Below are positions 1-9,306 of a stretch of 40,999 nucleotides of DNA, piece by piece. The translations under genes and the position numbers were made by a program. Every line of letters starts with the position of its first letter. Positions within the stretch are counted from its first letter, which is position 1. Source of the DNA: a virus; IMG/VR virus record IMGVR_UViG_3300031578_000136; one strand, 5' to 3'. A model generated the notes under the pieces. It was not told the origin of the DNA and did no database searches. It worked only from the letters and a program-made list of their open reading frames with translations.

Positions 1-127
1 TTTTAATACTCGCAAAAGTTTCCGGTCCCACTATACCGTCAACTAAAAGCCCTTTATTGGCTTGATATAAGCTAACCTCACTTGTAAGTGCTGCATCAAA
101 TACATTACTGTCAGATAATCTAAAACA
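1..127. repeat. Terminal direct repeat, copy 1 (identical to 40873-40999)
   Basis: Base-by-base comparison of both ends of the window. The repeat lies inside an ORF that reads through the junction in frame. Confidence 0.95.
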
Positions 128-1108
128 GGCTCGTAAAAATCTTATACCAAATCCTTTGGTATCTACCTTTATTTTTTTTATCGGTCTATCCTGATAATAA
201 AATTGTTCAAGTTTCATATCATCATCCTCAATTATTGGTTCTTTTATATCCTTAAATTCTTTTATATAATTTACAAAATCATTCCAATATTTGCTTTCAG
301 ATTTTAAATTTTTATAGTCATCTGTATAGACTCTAAAGCCTAGTAAGGGGTAACTTTTTCTACAAGTTATACTTACTTTTGGTAATACTATGGCACAACC
401 AAAATAATCTAGGCTATTGCATTTGTCTATTAGTTTTCTTATTACATTCCAGCCTTCAAGTGATTCATAGCTTTTAAACCAGGATCCTCCCTCTGTGCAG
501 ATAACAGGTAGCCCCCATTTAGCAGCAGTGGTTGCGGCATATTCTACAATTTCTAATTTTGGTGGATAGCCCAGACAGGAAAGCAGATGTACTCCAAATA
601 ATCTATTTTTTATATAGCCTGTATTTTCAAGGATATAGTCATTGTTATAGCAATTATATTCATCATTTATTAAAATTAGTGGGTATCTTCCTTTAATATA
701 GTAATTACTCCAATCTACACAATCAAGATACCAGTTTTCATCGCCAAATTTATGAGGTTCATTTATAATTGCTATTGCTGAATTATCTTTTGTTCGTCCA
801 AGTCTCTCCAGTGCATTGGCACAAGCACCAGATATTTTTCCGTAATATCCAGGAGGTATATCTTTAAAATACCGTTGAGAATTATTGTTTATTATGAAAT
901 ATAAGTTATTAATTTTAGCCTGTTCAGCAGTTCTTCTTACTGTTGAAGGGATTGTGTATATCTTATCAATCACATATCCATCAAGCACTTGATTTGTTAG
1001 GGAATTATCAGAAAGTCCTAAACTTAATTTATTTGTAAATCTCTGTATAATTCCACCAAAGGAAGAAGAAGCTAATCCTCCCGGTGTATGGTCCTGTAAT
1101 ATAATCAT
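1..1108 (-). CDS. Clan GH-A-like (TIM-barrel) glycoside hydrolase with C-terminal PG_binding_1 domain; second lysin. N-terminal 369 codons of a 389-aa ORF that continues at 40872->40811.
   Basis: I checked every in-frame triplet from 2 to 1108 and found no stop. ATG at 1108 overlaps the upstream stop (ATGA). AIAIINEP (candidate acid/base Glu) and VICTEGG (candidate nucleophile Glu) lie about 89 aa apart. The C-terminus LYQANKGLLVDGIVGPETFASI matches the PG_binding_1 signature. Confidence 0.6.
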   Translation of the reverse strand, partial: MIILQDHTPGGLASSSFGGIIQRFTNKLSLGLSDNSLTNQVLDGYVIDKIYTIPSTVRRTAEQAKINNLYFIINNNSQRYFKDIPPGYYGKISGACANALERLGRTKDNSAIAIINEPHKFGDENWYLDCVDWSNYYIKGRYPLILINDEYNCYNNDYILENTGYIKNRLFGVHLLSCLGYPPKLEIVEYAATTAAKWGLPVICTEGGSWFKSYESLEGWNVIRKLIDKCNSLDYFGCAIVLPKVSITCRKSYPLLGFRVYTDDYKNLKSESKYWNDFVNYIKEFKDIKEPIIEDDDMKLEQFYYQDRPIKKIKVDTKGFGIRFLRACFRLSDSNVFDAALTSEVSLYQANKGLLVDGIVGPETFASIK

Positions 1109-1362
1109 CTTATACCATTTTCTTTTTTAAAGATTTTAATGACATCTTTTAGATCTTCAACACTCTTTTCGTAAGAAATTGTTATCATCTTTATTGTTTC
1201 TTTATGTGCAGTGCAGATTTGCTCAAGTGTTTCCCTGTATGCCTTTTCTCGCCCGGTGATTGTATACTTACTTACTATATATCCCCTGACAAATAAGAAT
1301 ACTATAGTGATCAATGCTACCGTATCTATATATTTTACTATTTCTGGCCATTCCATTTCCAC
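1105..1362 (-). CDS. Small N-terminally membrane-anchored protein with BhlA/UviB-like holin architecture
   Basis: 85 aa. It starts MEMEW, has one hydrophobic helix (ALITIVFLFVRGYIV) and then a charged helical tail. It sits directly upstream of, and overlaps, the lysin gene. Confidence 0.4.
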   Translation of the reverse strand: MEMEWPEIVKYIDTVALITIVFLFVRGYIVSKYTITGREKAYRETLEQICTAHKETIKMITISYEKSVEDLKDVIKIFKKENGIR

Positions 1363-1368
1363 CCCCCC

Positions 1369-4300
1369 CTATTCGCTTAAAGTAGTTTTTACTTCTTCCA
1401 TTGTCGGTTTTATACCTAAACTTTCAAGCATCGCTTTAAGTTCTCCTATGGTTTTCCCTTTTGTTTTTAACATTTCTTCCTTGTAAGGCTCTTCAACAAG
1501 TTTTAGTGCTGTCATTGCTCCACTAACCTTTTTCCCTCCACGGAGAGCAAGAAGGGCTTTTATAAGTTTTATTTTTTCAATGTCGTACTTTTTACCTATT
1601 TCTTCTCCGTAGATTTGTCTGTAAGCATACTCTATTTCATTTATGTCTGGAATTTTATATTCCTCAGTTTCTTCAGCAGCTATTCTTTTATTTATTTCAT
1701 CTATGAATTCTTGATAATATTGCCTTTTTGCTTTATCCTCTTCATAAGGAAAGAACTTTATACCTGCAAATATTGAAAGCCAGTCGTATGGAGTCTTTGG
1801 TTTTTCTGTTGCCGGATAAAGCCTCATAAGATTATAAAAAAGAGGATTCTGCCGCCATATATATATAGCAGGCTCTGTCATATAAAGTTTTCCATCTCTT
1901 TTTACTTTCATTCCAAAGTTAGAAATTAAATCATCCGGCAATTTTTTACACCAGGAAAGTTGGCTTGGTGCTTCTACATATTTACCTTCCCTGATTGGCG
2001 TGTTAAAGAATATTTCTTTTCCTGTAATTAATTCAATCGGTATCTTGAGCATAGGATTAAGAGAGGAAGCAAAATCCTTTAGGCTAAGTCTTGACCAGTC
2101 CTGAAAGGCAAAGTTAGGATTAAGTGCAAGAGGTACTCCTTCCTGTGTTCTAAATGGTGTCATAGTTACAAAAAGGTCTGAAAAGTATTCAGGCTTGTAC
2201 TCCTGATATCCTTCTGGCATTTTGGACATACCTTCAACGAATGTCGCAACTTTAGGTATTGTAGCGTAAGCTCCGGGTCTTGTAAAAAGAAGCTCAACCT
2301 GCCTACGGATATTCTTGGAATACCAGGTCCAGAATGGGTTAAGAAATCTTCTTCCAAATTGTCTTTCAAATTGAGTTACATCCCAGTAGTGAAAGAATAC
2401 TTTTCCAACCTGCTCCACTATACTTTCTATTGATGATCCTGACTCTTTTTCAATTAAGGCGCATACTATTCTACCCAGGTCTTCCCTGAATATTCCTGCT
2501 CTTCTTGATAGGGCAAAAGGAGTATTTCTGGAACTCCAGATACCTCTATAAACTCCTTTTCCAGCTTCTTCTGCGTACCATCCGCCTGATTTTACTCCTG
2601 TTTTTGCAAAGAGGTCGTATGCTTCATCTCCGTACATTCCAGCCAGTGATTTTATTGGAACGTGTCTTCTGCGCTGTATATCCAGTGCTTCTTTCCAGTA
2701 CCGGGGTTTTAAGAATTTTGGTCCGTATTCCATTGAGCCTGAAATCGTATCGGTCCAGAAGTTTCTCCAATGATATCCTGGTGTAAAAAGTGCAGTTTTT
2801 CTCCAGATATCAAGGCCCTTATCAATCACCTTCATAGTCCACCGGAAACCCTCGTCTCCGTAAAATGCTTTTTCTACTTTAAGGAGAGGTTCTATAAATT
2901 CATCTGCCATGTGCCAGCCTTTAAGCTCTGGAATACCTTTTACTGAAGTAAACCCAACCTTTTTAACAGGAGAGGCAAATCTTTTTATTTCCTGTAACAT
3001 CATTGCTCTACCCGATTGCGTGGTATGCTCAAATGTTCTCTGCATGGAAGCGCTTATTATATCTTTGGGCCTTATTTTTCCCTCTTTTACCAATTTTTGT
3101 GCTTGAAGATAGAAAAGTCTTTTTTGCTTCTGGAATGCACCGGTTTCAGGTCCAATTACACGCCTCGCCCATCCAGAAGGCTCATACATATACCTTGCAG
3201 GATAATATTTTGCAAGTTCTGGATATTGTATTTTTAGTTCTTTTTCAAAATTGGCAAGGAATTTCTTGACAAAATCATCCTGATATCTTGTTGCTGCTAC
3301 AACCTGTTTTGGGTTTAGCTTGCCCGTGATTTCATCAAGTTGAGAAAGTAGTTTTGTAGGGATTTTCTTTCCTTTAGCTGTATATAATGCTATATCTGAA
3401 TTCATCCAAATATATTTCCCGACATTATCTATTTCTGATTTTGAGAGGCCCTTAAATATATCCTGGATAAGTCTTGCCCCTTCTTCGTACCTATGTCTCA
3501 TCTGGGTTTTTACAATTGTCCGCAGTGGCCGCATTGCTTCTGGAAATCCTTTTCTTGTCCAGAACATCCTTTCAATGGTATTTACAAGTGGAACCTGCTC
3601 AATTTTTGCAATCAGCGGTTTTAATGCTTTTGTTATCTTATATCCTGGAATTATAGTCTTACCGCCCCATTTAAGTCCGCCAAAGTCAATTAGTTTTGCT
3701 GCCTCATCGTAAGGCATATTTTTTACAGTATTTCTTAGTACCCCCTCGGTTACTTTTATCTTAACACCTTTTTTAAGTATTTCTTCCGGTACTTCTTTAA
3801 GCAGTTTAGCAGTTTTAGTAAGTGGTTTTCCTTTTATTATTTTACTGACAAAATTTAAAACTTTTGGTAGCGTTTTCTTTGTTCCTTCTTCAACCACTTT
3901 CTTACCTAACTTTGTAAGGACAATGGGAGTTCCTTTAGGGAGCAAAACTTTCCCACCTTTAATTGTAAGATCATCTGAAAGTGCTATACCAGTTTTTGCT
4001 CCTCTAGCACCAACTGATAGATAGGCAAGTGGTGGCATTAAAATATCAAAATAAAGTCCGAGTATATCAGCAGGAGAACCAGCAAGACCAGCGACTGCCT
4101 TTTTATACCAGGGTGCTTCTTTAGCTCCCCATTCTTTAGCAAATTCAAATTCTTTTGTAACCGGCGTTTTAGGAAGTAATTCTTTTAACGCTGAAGCCAT
4201 CCCAATATATTCAGGTTCACCAGGTTTTCTTGGTATATCTACAATTGGTCTAATAAGTTCTTTACCGCCAACTTTAAGTACTGCTTTTATATCTTCCCAT

Positions 4301-4803
4301 TTTCTAAACTTAGGTGGGGCAAATTTAACTTCTGTAGGTAGTTCTGGTTTGTATCCTGGCAAATATTTTTCTCCAACACCTGCACGTTTTCCTGTTTCTG
4401 CCAACATAGCACCAAATGTACGTTCAGGAGTCATAAGAAGCGTCATCAGTTTTAGCAGTGGAAATTTTAAAGACTCCCCGACCTTACCCATAAAAGTCTT
4501 GTCCCTGAATTCTGGTAATAATCCCTTTTCTACCAGAGTTCCATAAGTGCTTTCAGGTTTCGTAATTCCAGCAAGTTCAGCCTGATAGCCCTTCTTTATT
4601 GCAAGTTCCTTTGCCTTCTCCCATTCTGGGATTTCTACCTTGACCTCTTCTGGTTCGTATCCTATTTCAGGATAAAGAGTTTCCAATACTGCCATAAATT
4701 TTTTGGCTTTGGTAGATACGTTTTTCCCATAGGTGGGATCATCAAATAAAGCCTTTAGCTTTTTTAGTTTTTCAATTTTATAAGGTGGTAATTTTCCGTT
4801 CAT
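1369..4803 (-). CDS. Large virion protein (candidate internal/ejection protein), 1144 aa
   Basis: Uninterrupted 1144-aa ORF and last structural gene before the lysis genes. No catalytic motif recognised. The call rests on position and size only. Confidence 0.35.
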   Translation of the reverse strand: MNGKLPPYKIEKLKKLKALFDDPTYGKNVSTKAKKFMAVLETLYPEIGYEPEEVKVEIPEWEKAKELAIKKGYQAELAGITKPESTYGTLVEKGLLPEFRDKTFMGKVGESLKFPLLKLMTLLMTPERTFGAMLAETGKRAGVGEKYLPGYKPELPTEVKFAPPKFRKWEDIKAVLKVGGKELIRPIVDIPRKPGEPEYIGMASALKELLPKTPVTKEFEFAKEWGAKEAPWYKKAVAGLAGSPADILGLYFDILMPPLAYLSVGARGAKTGIALSDDLTIKGGKVLLPKGTPIVLTKLGKKVVEEGTKKTLPKVLNFVSKIIKGKPLTKTAKLLKEVPEEILKKGVKIKVTEGVLRNTVKNMPYDEAAKLIDFGGLKWGGKTIIPGYKITKALKPLIAKIEQVPLVNTIERMFWTRKGFPEAMRPLRTIVKTQMRHRYEEGARLIQDIFKGLSKSEIDNVGKYIWMNSDIALYTAKGKKIPTKLLSQLDEITGKLNPKQVVAATRYQDDFVKKFLANFEKELKIQYPELAKYYPARYMYEPSGWARRVIGPETGAFQKQKRLFYLQAQKLVKEGKIRPKDIISASMQRTFEHTTQSGRAMMLQEIKRFASPVKKVGFTSVKGIPELKGWHMADEFIEPLLKVEKAFYGDEGFRWTMKVIDKGLDIWRKTALFTPGYHWRNFWTDTISGSMEYGPKFLKPRYWKEALDIQRRRHVPIKSLAGMYGDEAYDLFAKTGVKSGGWYAEEAGKGVYRGIWSSRNTPFALSRRAGIFREDLGRIVCALIEKESGSSIESIVEQVGKVFFHYWDVTQFERQFGRRFLNPFWTWYSKNIRRQVELLFTRPGAYATIPKVATFVEGMSKMPEGYQEYKPEYFSDLFVTMTPFRTQEGVPLALNPNFAFQDWSRLSLKDFASSLNPMLKIPIELITGKEIFFNTPIREGKYVEAPSQLSWCKKLPDDLISNFGMKVKRDGKLYMTEPAIYIWRQNPLFYNLMRLYPATEKPKTPYDWLSIFAGIKFFPYEEDKAKRQYYQEFIDEINKRIAAEETEEYKIPDINEIEYAYRQIYGEEIGKKYDIEKIKLIKALLALRGGKKVSGAMTALKLVEEPYKEEMLKTKGKTIGELKAMLESLGIKPTMEEVKTTLSE

Positions 4804-4809
4804 AAAGTT

Positions 4810-6075
4810 TTACCTAATAAATCCTGCTGCACTTCCTGTAGCTCCCGGGAATGCTCCTCCAGGTGTGTATGGGGTAGCTTGTGCACCTCCTAAACCTAAA
4901 TATTCCCTCATCATTTCTACGTAGGGGTCTTGCTCGGCATACTCTCCCATTGGTGCATAACCGTATTCAAATGCCTGTCCGGGAGTTAGTGTTCCGACTC
5001 CTGGAACTTGTACTCCTTGTGCTGTTCCGGCACCGTAGAGACTTTTTATTCTTTCCCTTAGCATCTGATTTTCAAGCATTTGTGCTTCCTGCTGTGCTTT
5101 AAGTTGTCTTTCAGCCATATCTCTCTGCCATATCATTTGATTCATTGTATTTACGAAGGTTGCTCTCTGCACCTCATTTTGGAATTGCATCTGCCTTGTG
5201 TCTCTCTGATATACGAGTTCCTCTCTTTTTAATCTCTCAAAAGTAGTAGATTGCTGCAATCCTTTTTCTTTTTCAAGTCCTGCACGAAGGTCAAGCACAT
5301 CTCTCTCGTAGTCAGCCTCTCTTGTAGAAATATCCTCAAGCCTTTCATTCAAAGCCTGCTGAAGTCCTCCTCTTTCAGCTACACCGGCAGTCTCAAGTCT
5401 TGATATCCCTCTACCATAAGAACCAGATCGAAGCATACCAAGTTGATTTAATTTTTGAGCCCAATTTCCTATGGCATTTGCAACCGTGGCAGCTACATCT
5501 CTCATTGACTTCTCATATATAGGCACTGCCTCTTCCCTTTCTTCAGTGGCTATTCTTTTACTCTCAATCAGGTTCTGACCAAGTTGCCTGAATGCTCCAG
5601 AAAACCCAAGTTCTGAAAGCATACCAGCTTCACTTTCAAGTCTGGCTATGTCCGCACTTGATAATCCTGCTGTTATGTCAGGAGTTTTAGGAAAACTCTC
5701 TAGCGGAAACTGTCCCCCACCTGCTCCACCTATAGGTTGTGGTGTAACTGCTCCTGTAATTGCACCTATTAGACTAGGTGGGGTTTGGCTTACTGGTTGA
5801 GTTACAGTTTTGGTTACTGTTGGGGTTACTTTACCTGCCCTAATTGTACCATACAGGCCTGCTGATGGTGGTGTGCGTAGTGATGTTTTTGGTGTTGCTA
5901 CTGGTACTACAGCTCTTGCCAATACTGATTTTTTTGGTGGTATGTACGGCGTGTAAGGTGTATATGTTGGTGTTTTTTTTGGTGTATATGAAAAAGGAAT
6001 ACCATACTGTCCCCTCTCATCATACCTCAAATCATTCCACAGATTTTTAAAATACTCTTTCATTTTCATTTTCAC
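4810..6075 (-). CDS. Virion protein with a Pro/Thr-rich N-terminus, a coiled-coil centre and a Gly-rich C-terminus (candidate internal/ejection protein)
   Basis: The N-terminus reads YTPKKTPTYTPYTPYIPPKK. There is a long Q/E/R/L-rich heptad-like centre. RBS GGGAGGTGAAA precedes the ATG. Position is in the tail/internal module. Confidence 0.35.
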   Translation of the reverse strand: MKMKMKEYFKNLWNDLRYDERGQYGIPFSYTPKKTPTYTPYTPYIPPKKSVLARAVVPVATPKTSLRTPPSAGLYGTIRAGKVTPTVTKTVTQPVSQTPPSLIGAITGAVTPQPIGGAGGGQFPLESFPKTPDITAGLSSADIARLESEAGMLSELGFSGAFRQLGQNLIESKRIATEEREEAVPIYEKSMRDVAATVANAIGNWAQKLNQLGMLRSGSYGRGISRLETAGVAERGGLQQALNERLEDISTREADYERDVLDLRAGLEKEKGLQQSTTFERLKREELVYQRDTRQMQFQNEVQRATFVNTMNQMIWQRDMAERQLKAQQEAQMLENQMLRERIKSLYGAGTAQGVQVPGVGTLTPGQAFEYGYAPMGEYAEQDPYVEMMREYLGLGGAQATPYTPGGAFPGATGSAAGFIR

Positions 6076-6093
6076 CTCCCTATTTGTTGCATT

Positions 6094-6119
6094 AAAAAAG
6101 AGCCAATTTCTTGACTCTT
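6094..6119 (-). terminator. Rho-independent terminator downstream of the protease moron
   Basis: Minus strand reads AAGAGTC-aagaaatt-GGCTCTT followed by TTTTTT (7-bp stem with one G-U pair). It lies between the stop at 6146 and the RBS of the next gene. Confidence 0.55.
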
Positions 6120-6145
6120 AATTGATATTAAATTTTAATTTTTAT

Positions 6146-6805
6146 TTAGTTTAAATTATCTATTGCCTGTACTACTGAATTAATTGGTGTATAAAATCTA
6201 TTATCGGTATTAATTATAATACCCATAACTTCTCCATCACTATCAATTATTGGACTACCACTTTCGCCTTTTTTTGTTTTTATATTAAAATTCCTTATTA
6301 TATTTATATTTAAATATTTATTGCCAAGAACATAATTTGGTTTATCATTTTCAGTATCAATTTTGAAACCATTATTTATTTTATCAGAATAAAATATAGC
6401 CAAATCATCATTATTTGAAAAATTATCTTTACAATATAAAAGCTCTGGATAAATCCATGCACTACCTGAATTTGATTTAAACCTAATATTTTTAATAATT
6501 TTATCTTTATTTATTATAGAATGTTTCGCTGTTATTAAATAATATTTATTTTCATATTCAATACTAAAAGCAGTGAATTTTACAATATAAAATTTATCTA
6601 TCGCAATACCAAAATAAACATTATTAATGCTTTCATCTAAATTTGGGATTATATTTTCATATTTAATTATTTCTCGCTGCATATTTGAATTATTTGATAT
6701 TAATGTAAAACCCAATTCATTTAATAAAAATATTTCAGCGATTATCAACATAGATAATATAAATACTGTGGTTGATATTAATATTATGAATATTATTTTC
6801 TTCAT
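6146..6805 (-). CDS. Membrane-anchored or secreted trypsin-like (S1, Trypsin_2-type) serine protease; AT-rich moron
   Basis: N-terminal hydrophobic segment KKIIFIILISTTVFILSMLIIAEIFLL. Candidate triad: LITAKHSI (His), NDDLAIF (Asp), KKGESGSPIIDSDGEVMGII (Ser). The gene is far more AT-rich than its flanking tail genes. Confidence 0.65.
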   Translation of the reverse strand: MKKIIFIILISTTVFILSMLIIAEIFLLNELGFTLISNNSNMQREIIKYENIIPNLDESINNVYFGIAIDKFYIVKFTAFSIEYENKYYLITAKHSIINKDKIIKNIRFKSNSGSAWIYPELLYCKDNFSNNDDLAIFYSDKINNGFKIDTENDKPNYVLGNKYLNINIIRNFNIKTKKGESGSPIIDSDGEVMGIIINTDNRFYTPINSVVQAIDNLN

Positions 6806-6821
6806 AGATATAATTATAACA

Positions 6822-8699
6822 TTATCTTGACCTCAGTAAAGTCCCCTCAATTTCAAACCCTTTAAATTTGAATTCTGAAGAAGCTGAAAGATTTTCTATT
6901 AAAAATTCCATAAATTCCCCATCTGTATTTATGTAGATATTTTTCTGGATATTCTTTATAGTATTTGAATATGTTATATTTGAGCCCCAGTTTCCAACGC
7001 CCCACGTCCCTTGCCCCCAGAGTATTGGGGCCCCTGGAGCTTTAGGAATACCGCTTACTGGCTCATTTACAATAAGTGATAATTCTCCGTCTTTTGAGAC
7101 ATATATTCTTACCCTAAAAAAGAAATCTTCTGAACCTTCAGCCAGTATTCGCAGGAGTTTCCACTCCTTATTATTGAACGGATTTCCTACATCAAATCTT
7201 CTACTTTGAATTAGTGGATTTATTGGAACACCTCCATCAGAAGTGCCTTCTAAAAACTGATATATTCTAGGGCTTGAAGCTCCTCCTATTATTGTTATTT
7301 CCTGATTAGAGGAATCAAACCATCTTCCAAGTGAAGCACCCTTTACAGGCATAGCTGTAGTCCAGGGTTTAGTTCCTAATTTATTCTCCCAGATAAGAAT
7401 AGTATCAAGCTCATTTGAAGTGGAAGAAGCTACAAAAAGAAGGTATCTCCTGTTGTGATATATTCCAAATGAATAAGGTAGTAAGTCTGGATTTAATCCT
7501 CTCTGCATAGTTTCATCAATTCTGTCCGAGATTGGTATAGGCTCTAAAGTCTCAGTTGCAGCAAGAAGCACTCTTGAGAGAAGATATATTCTTTTATCAC
7601 TTGCAAGAAATATCAGGTCTCCACCGGCCCTGTCAATTGAGAATGGAGCAAGACAACCTATATTTTCATTGATTCTTCTTAGCGACAACGGATCTGACTC
7701 ATAAGGATAAGGAGAAGTACCACTGTAACCTGCAATTGACCTTTCCTTAAAGACAACAAGTATATCGGGATTTATTGTATAATCGAGTCCGGTAATTGCC
7801 TCTCCATTATCGGGCAGTACATCAAAATTGCTTTCTTCTTCCACCATATCGGGACCTGCTAACTGAGAATAATCAATTCTCCAGGGGTAATCCTTTGGAA
7901 CGTAAAGCATATAATTTTTATAAAGACGAAGGAGCTTTGATACCAGAGGTGGATTACTCTCTGGAGCTCCAATCCCAAGAGCACCATCACTTAAATTGTC
8001 ATCATAATAGGTTGCCGGCTTATCTATTGTCATAAGAAGCAGTCTATATGTGCCTTCTTTTATGGTTCTGTAGATTTTTGCTCCTGTAGCCCCTGAAGGA
8101 TAAGCATCTCCCAGGGTAACACGGACTGTATCTGTATCAGTTAAAAGTACATCTGAGACAGGGCTTTCAGAAGATTCCCCCCCAGGATAAACAAAAGTGT
8201 AACTCCATATATAGTTTCCAGTAAGCCCACCCTCACCAATTGAAGCTCTTGTCGGTTTTAATGTTGGCGTGGGATAACCTGCATTTCTAACGCTGTAATC
8301 ACCCATTACTACCTGGACATTATCTACACCATTTACGCAGTAGAGCATATCGTTAAAGACTTCAAAATCAAAATATTTATTTGGAGATAGTCCGCTTTTT
8401 AGAGTTGAAAGAGAATGACCTACAAGCCTTTTTAAGTATTCGCCAGTTGATACTATTAAATCTTTTGTTCCTGCTTTCTGCGTAAGAATACCAAAACTTT
8501 TTATAGGGTCTGTCCCACTATCAGAATTAAGTGGAGTGCAGCCTTTGCGCAGGATAAGATTTGCGACAATATCGTAGACATAATCCCTTATCCTTTTAAA
8601 TTCATTTCTTTTTATCTTCAGTGGGTCTACAGCGTCATTCTGTCCACCACCAAGGTCTATAAGTTTATATATAAATTTGTCTAAAACATTTACAGCCAT
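6822..8699 (-). CDS. Tail structural protein (candidate nozzle/tubular-type), 625 aa
   Basis: Large beta-rich ORF between the fibre/DNRLRE genes and the internal protein genes. Call based on position only. Confidence 0.4.
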   Translation of the reverse strand: MAVNVLDKFIYKLIDLGGGQNDAVDPLKIKRNEFKRIRDYVYDIVANLILRKGCTPLNSDSGTDPIKSFGILTQKAGTKDLIVSTGEYLKRLVGHSLSTLKSGLSPNKYFDFEVFNDMLYCVNGVDNVQVVMGDYSVRNAGYPTPTLKPTRASIGEGGLTGNYIWSYTFVYPGGESSESPVSDVLLTDTDTVRVTLGDAYPSGATGAKIYRTIKEGTYRLLLMTIDKPATYYDDNLSDGALGIGAPESNPPLVSKLLRLYKNYMLYVPKDYPWRIDYSQLAGPDMVEEESNFDVLPDNGEAITGLDYTINPDILVVFKERSIAGYSGTSPYPYESDPLSLRRINENIGCLAPFSIDRAGGDLIFLASDKRIYLLSRVLLAATETLEPIPISDRIDETMQRGLNPDLLPYSFGIYHNRRYLLFVASSTSNELDTILIWENKLGTKPWTTAMPVKGASLGRWFDSSNQEITIIGGASSPRIYQFLEGTSDGGVPINPLIQSRRFDVGNPFNNKEWKLLRILAEGSEDFFFRVRIYVSKDGELSLIVNEPVSGIPKAPGAPILWGQGTWGVGNWGSNITYSNTIKNIQKNIYINTDGEFMEFLIENLSASSEFKFKGFEIEGTLLRSR

Positions 8700-8712
8700 T
8701 TATATCCTTATT

Positions 8713-9306
8713 TTAATAACTAAATCCTTCTTTTGGTAATATTAATTTTGGTGTCCATAATTTGTCGTGTTTTTCAAATGCTTCACTAAAGAACCAATGA
8801 AAAAATCCACTTTTTGGTGCTGGTATATATGTAACTACTAAATATGGGATATAAATTCCACCTTGTTCTTTAGAATAAATTCCTATATAACCCGATGCTG
8901 TCTCTACCCTGAATCCATAATTAATACCACTAATCCATTTCTGTGCTATAGTTGTTGTTATCGTAAAATTATAATAAACATTAACTGTAACTGGCGTATA
9001 ACTACCTATTGAACCTCCTGTTATACCTGGCATATTATTATAAGTCAAAGTACCTTCAGCCCAATCTGCATTACATTCTTTTAAGGTGGTTAGTTGACTA
9101 TTAACAACACTATGTTTTAAATATAATCTAGCTTCTGTAATAGTATTTCCAACTAAACTACTTAAATTAAACTTCATAAAAGCCCAGTATATACTCCCCC
9201 CGCTTACACCGTCATAGATAACAGCAACACCACCATAAGGAGTGTCAGGGTTAGTATTAAAAGCATAAGCATCATCACTCGGATAAAATGTTTCTGGACT
9301 TGCCAT
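8713..9306 (-). CDS. DNRLRE-domain protein (tail-fibre accessory candidate)
   Basis: Pattern SDDAYAF..., WAFMKFNLSSLVGNTITEARLYLKH, ECNADWAEGTLTYNNMPG matches the DNRLRE domain layout (D.y., FDLS, A.L.L, W.E..vTW.n.P). Its start abuts the fibre gene stop (TAAATG). Confidence 0.55.
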   Translation of the reverse strand: MASPETFYPSDDAYAFNTNPDTPYGGVAVIYDGVSGGSIYWAFMKFNLSSLVGNTITEARLYLKHSVVNSQLTTLKECNADWAEGTLTYNNMPGITGGSIGSYTPVTVNVYYNFTITTTIAQKWISGINYGFRVETASGYIGIYSKEQGGIYIPYLVVTYIPAPKSGFFHWFFSEAFEKHDKLWTPKLILPKEGFSY

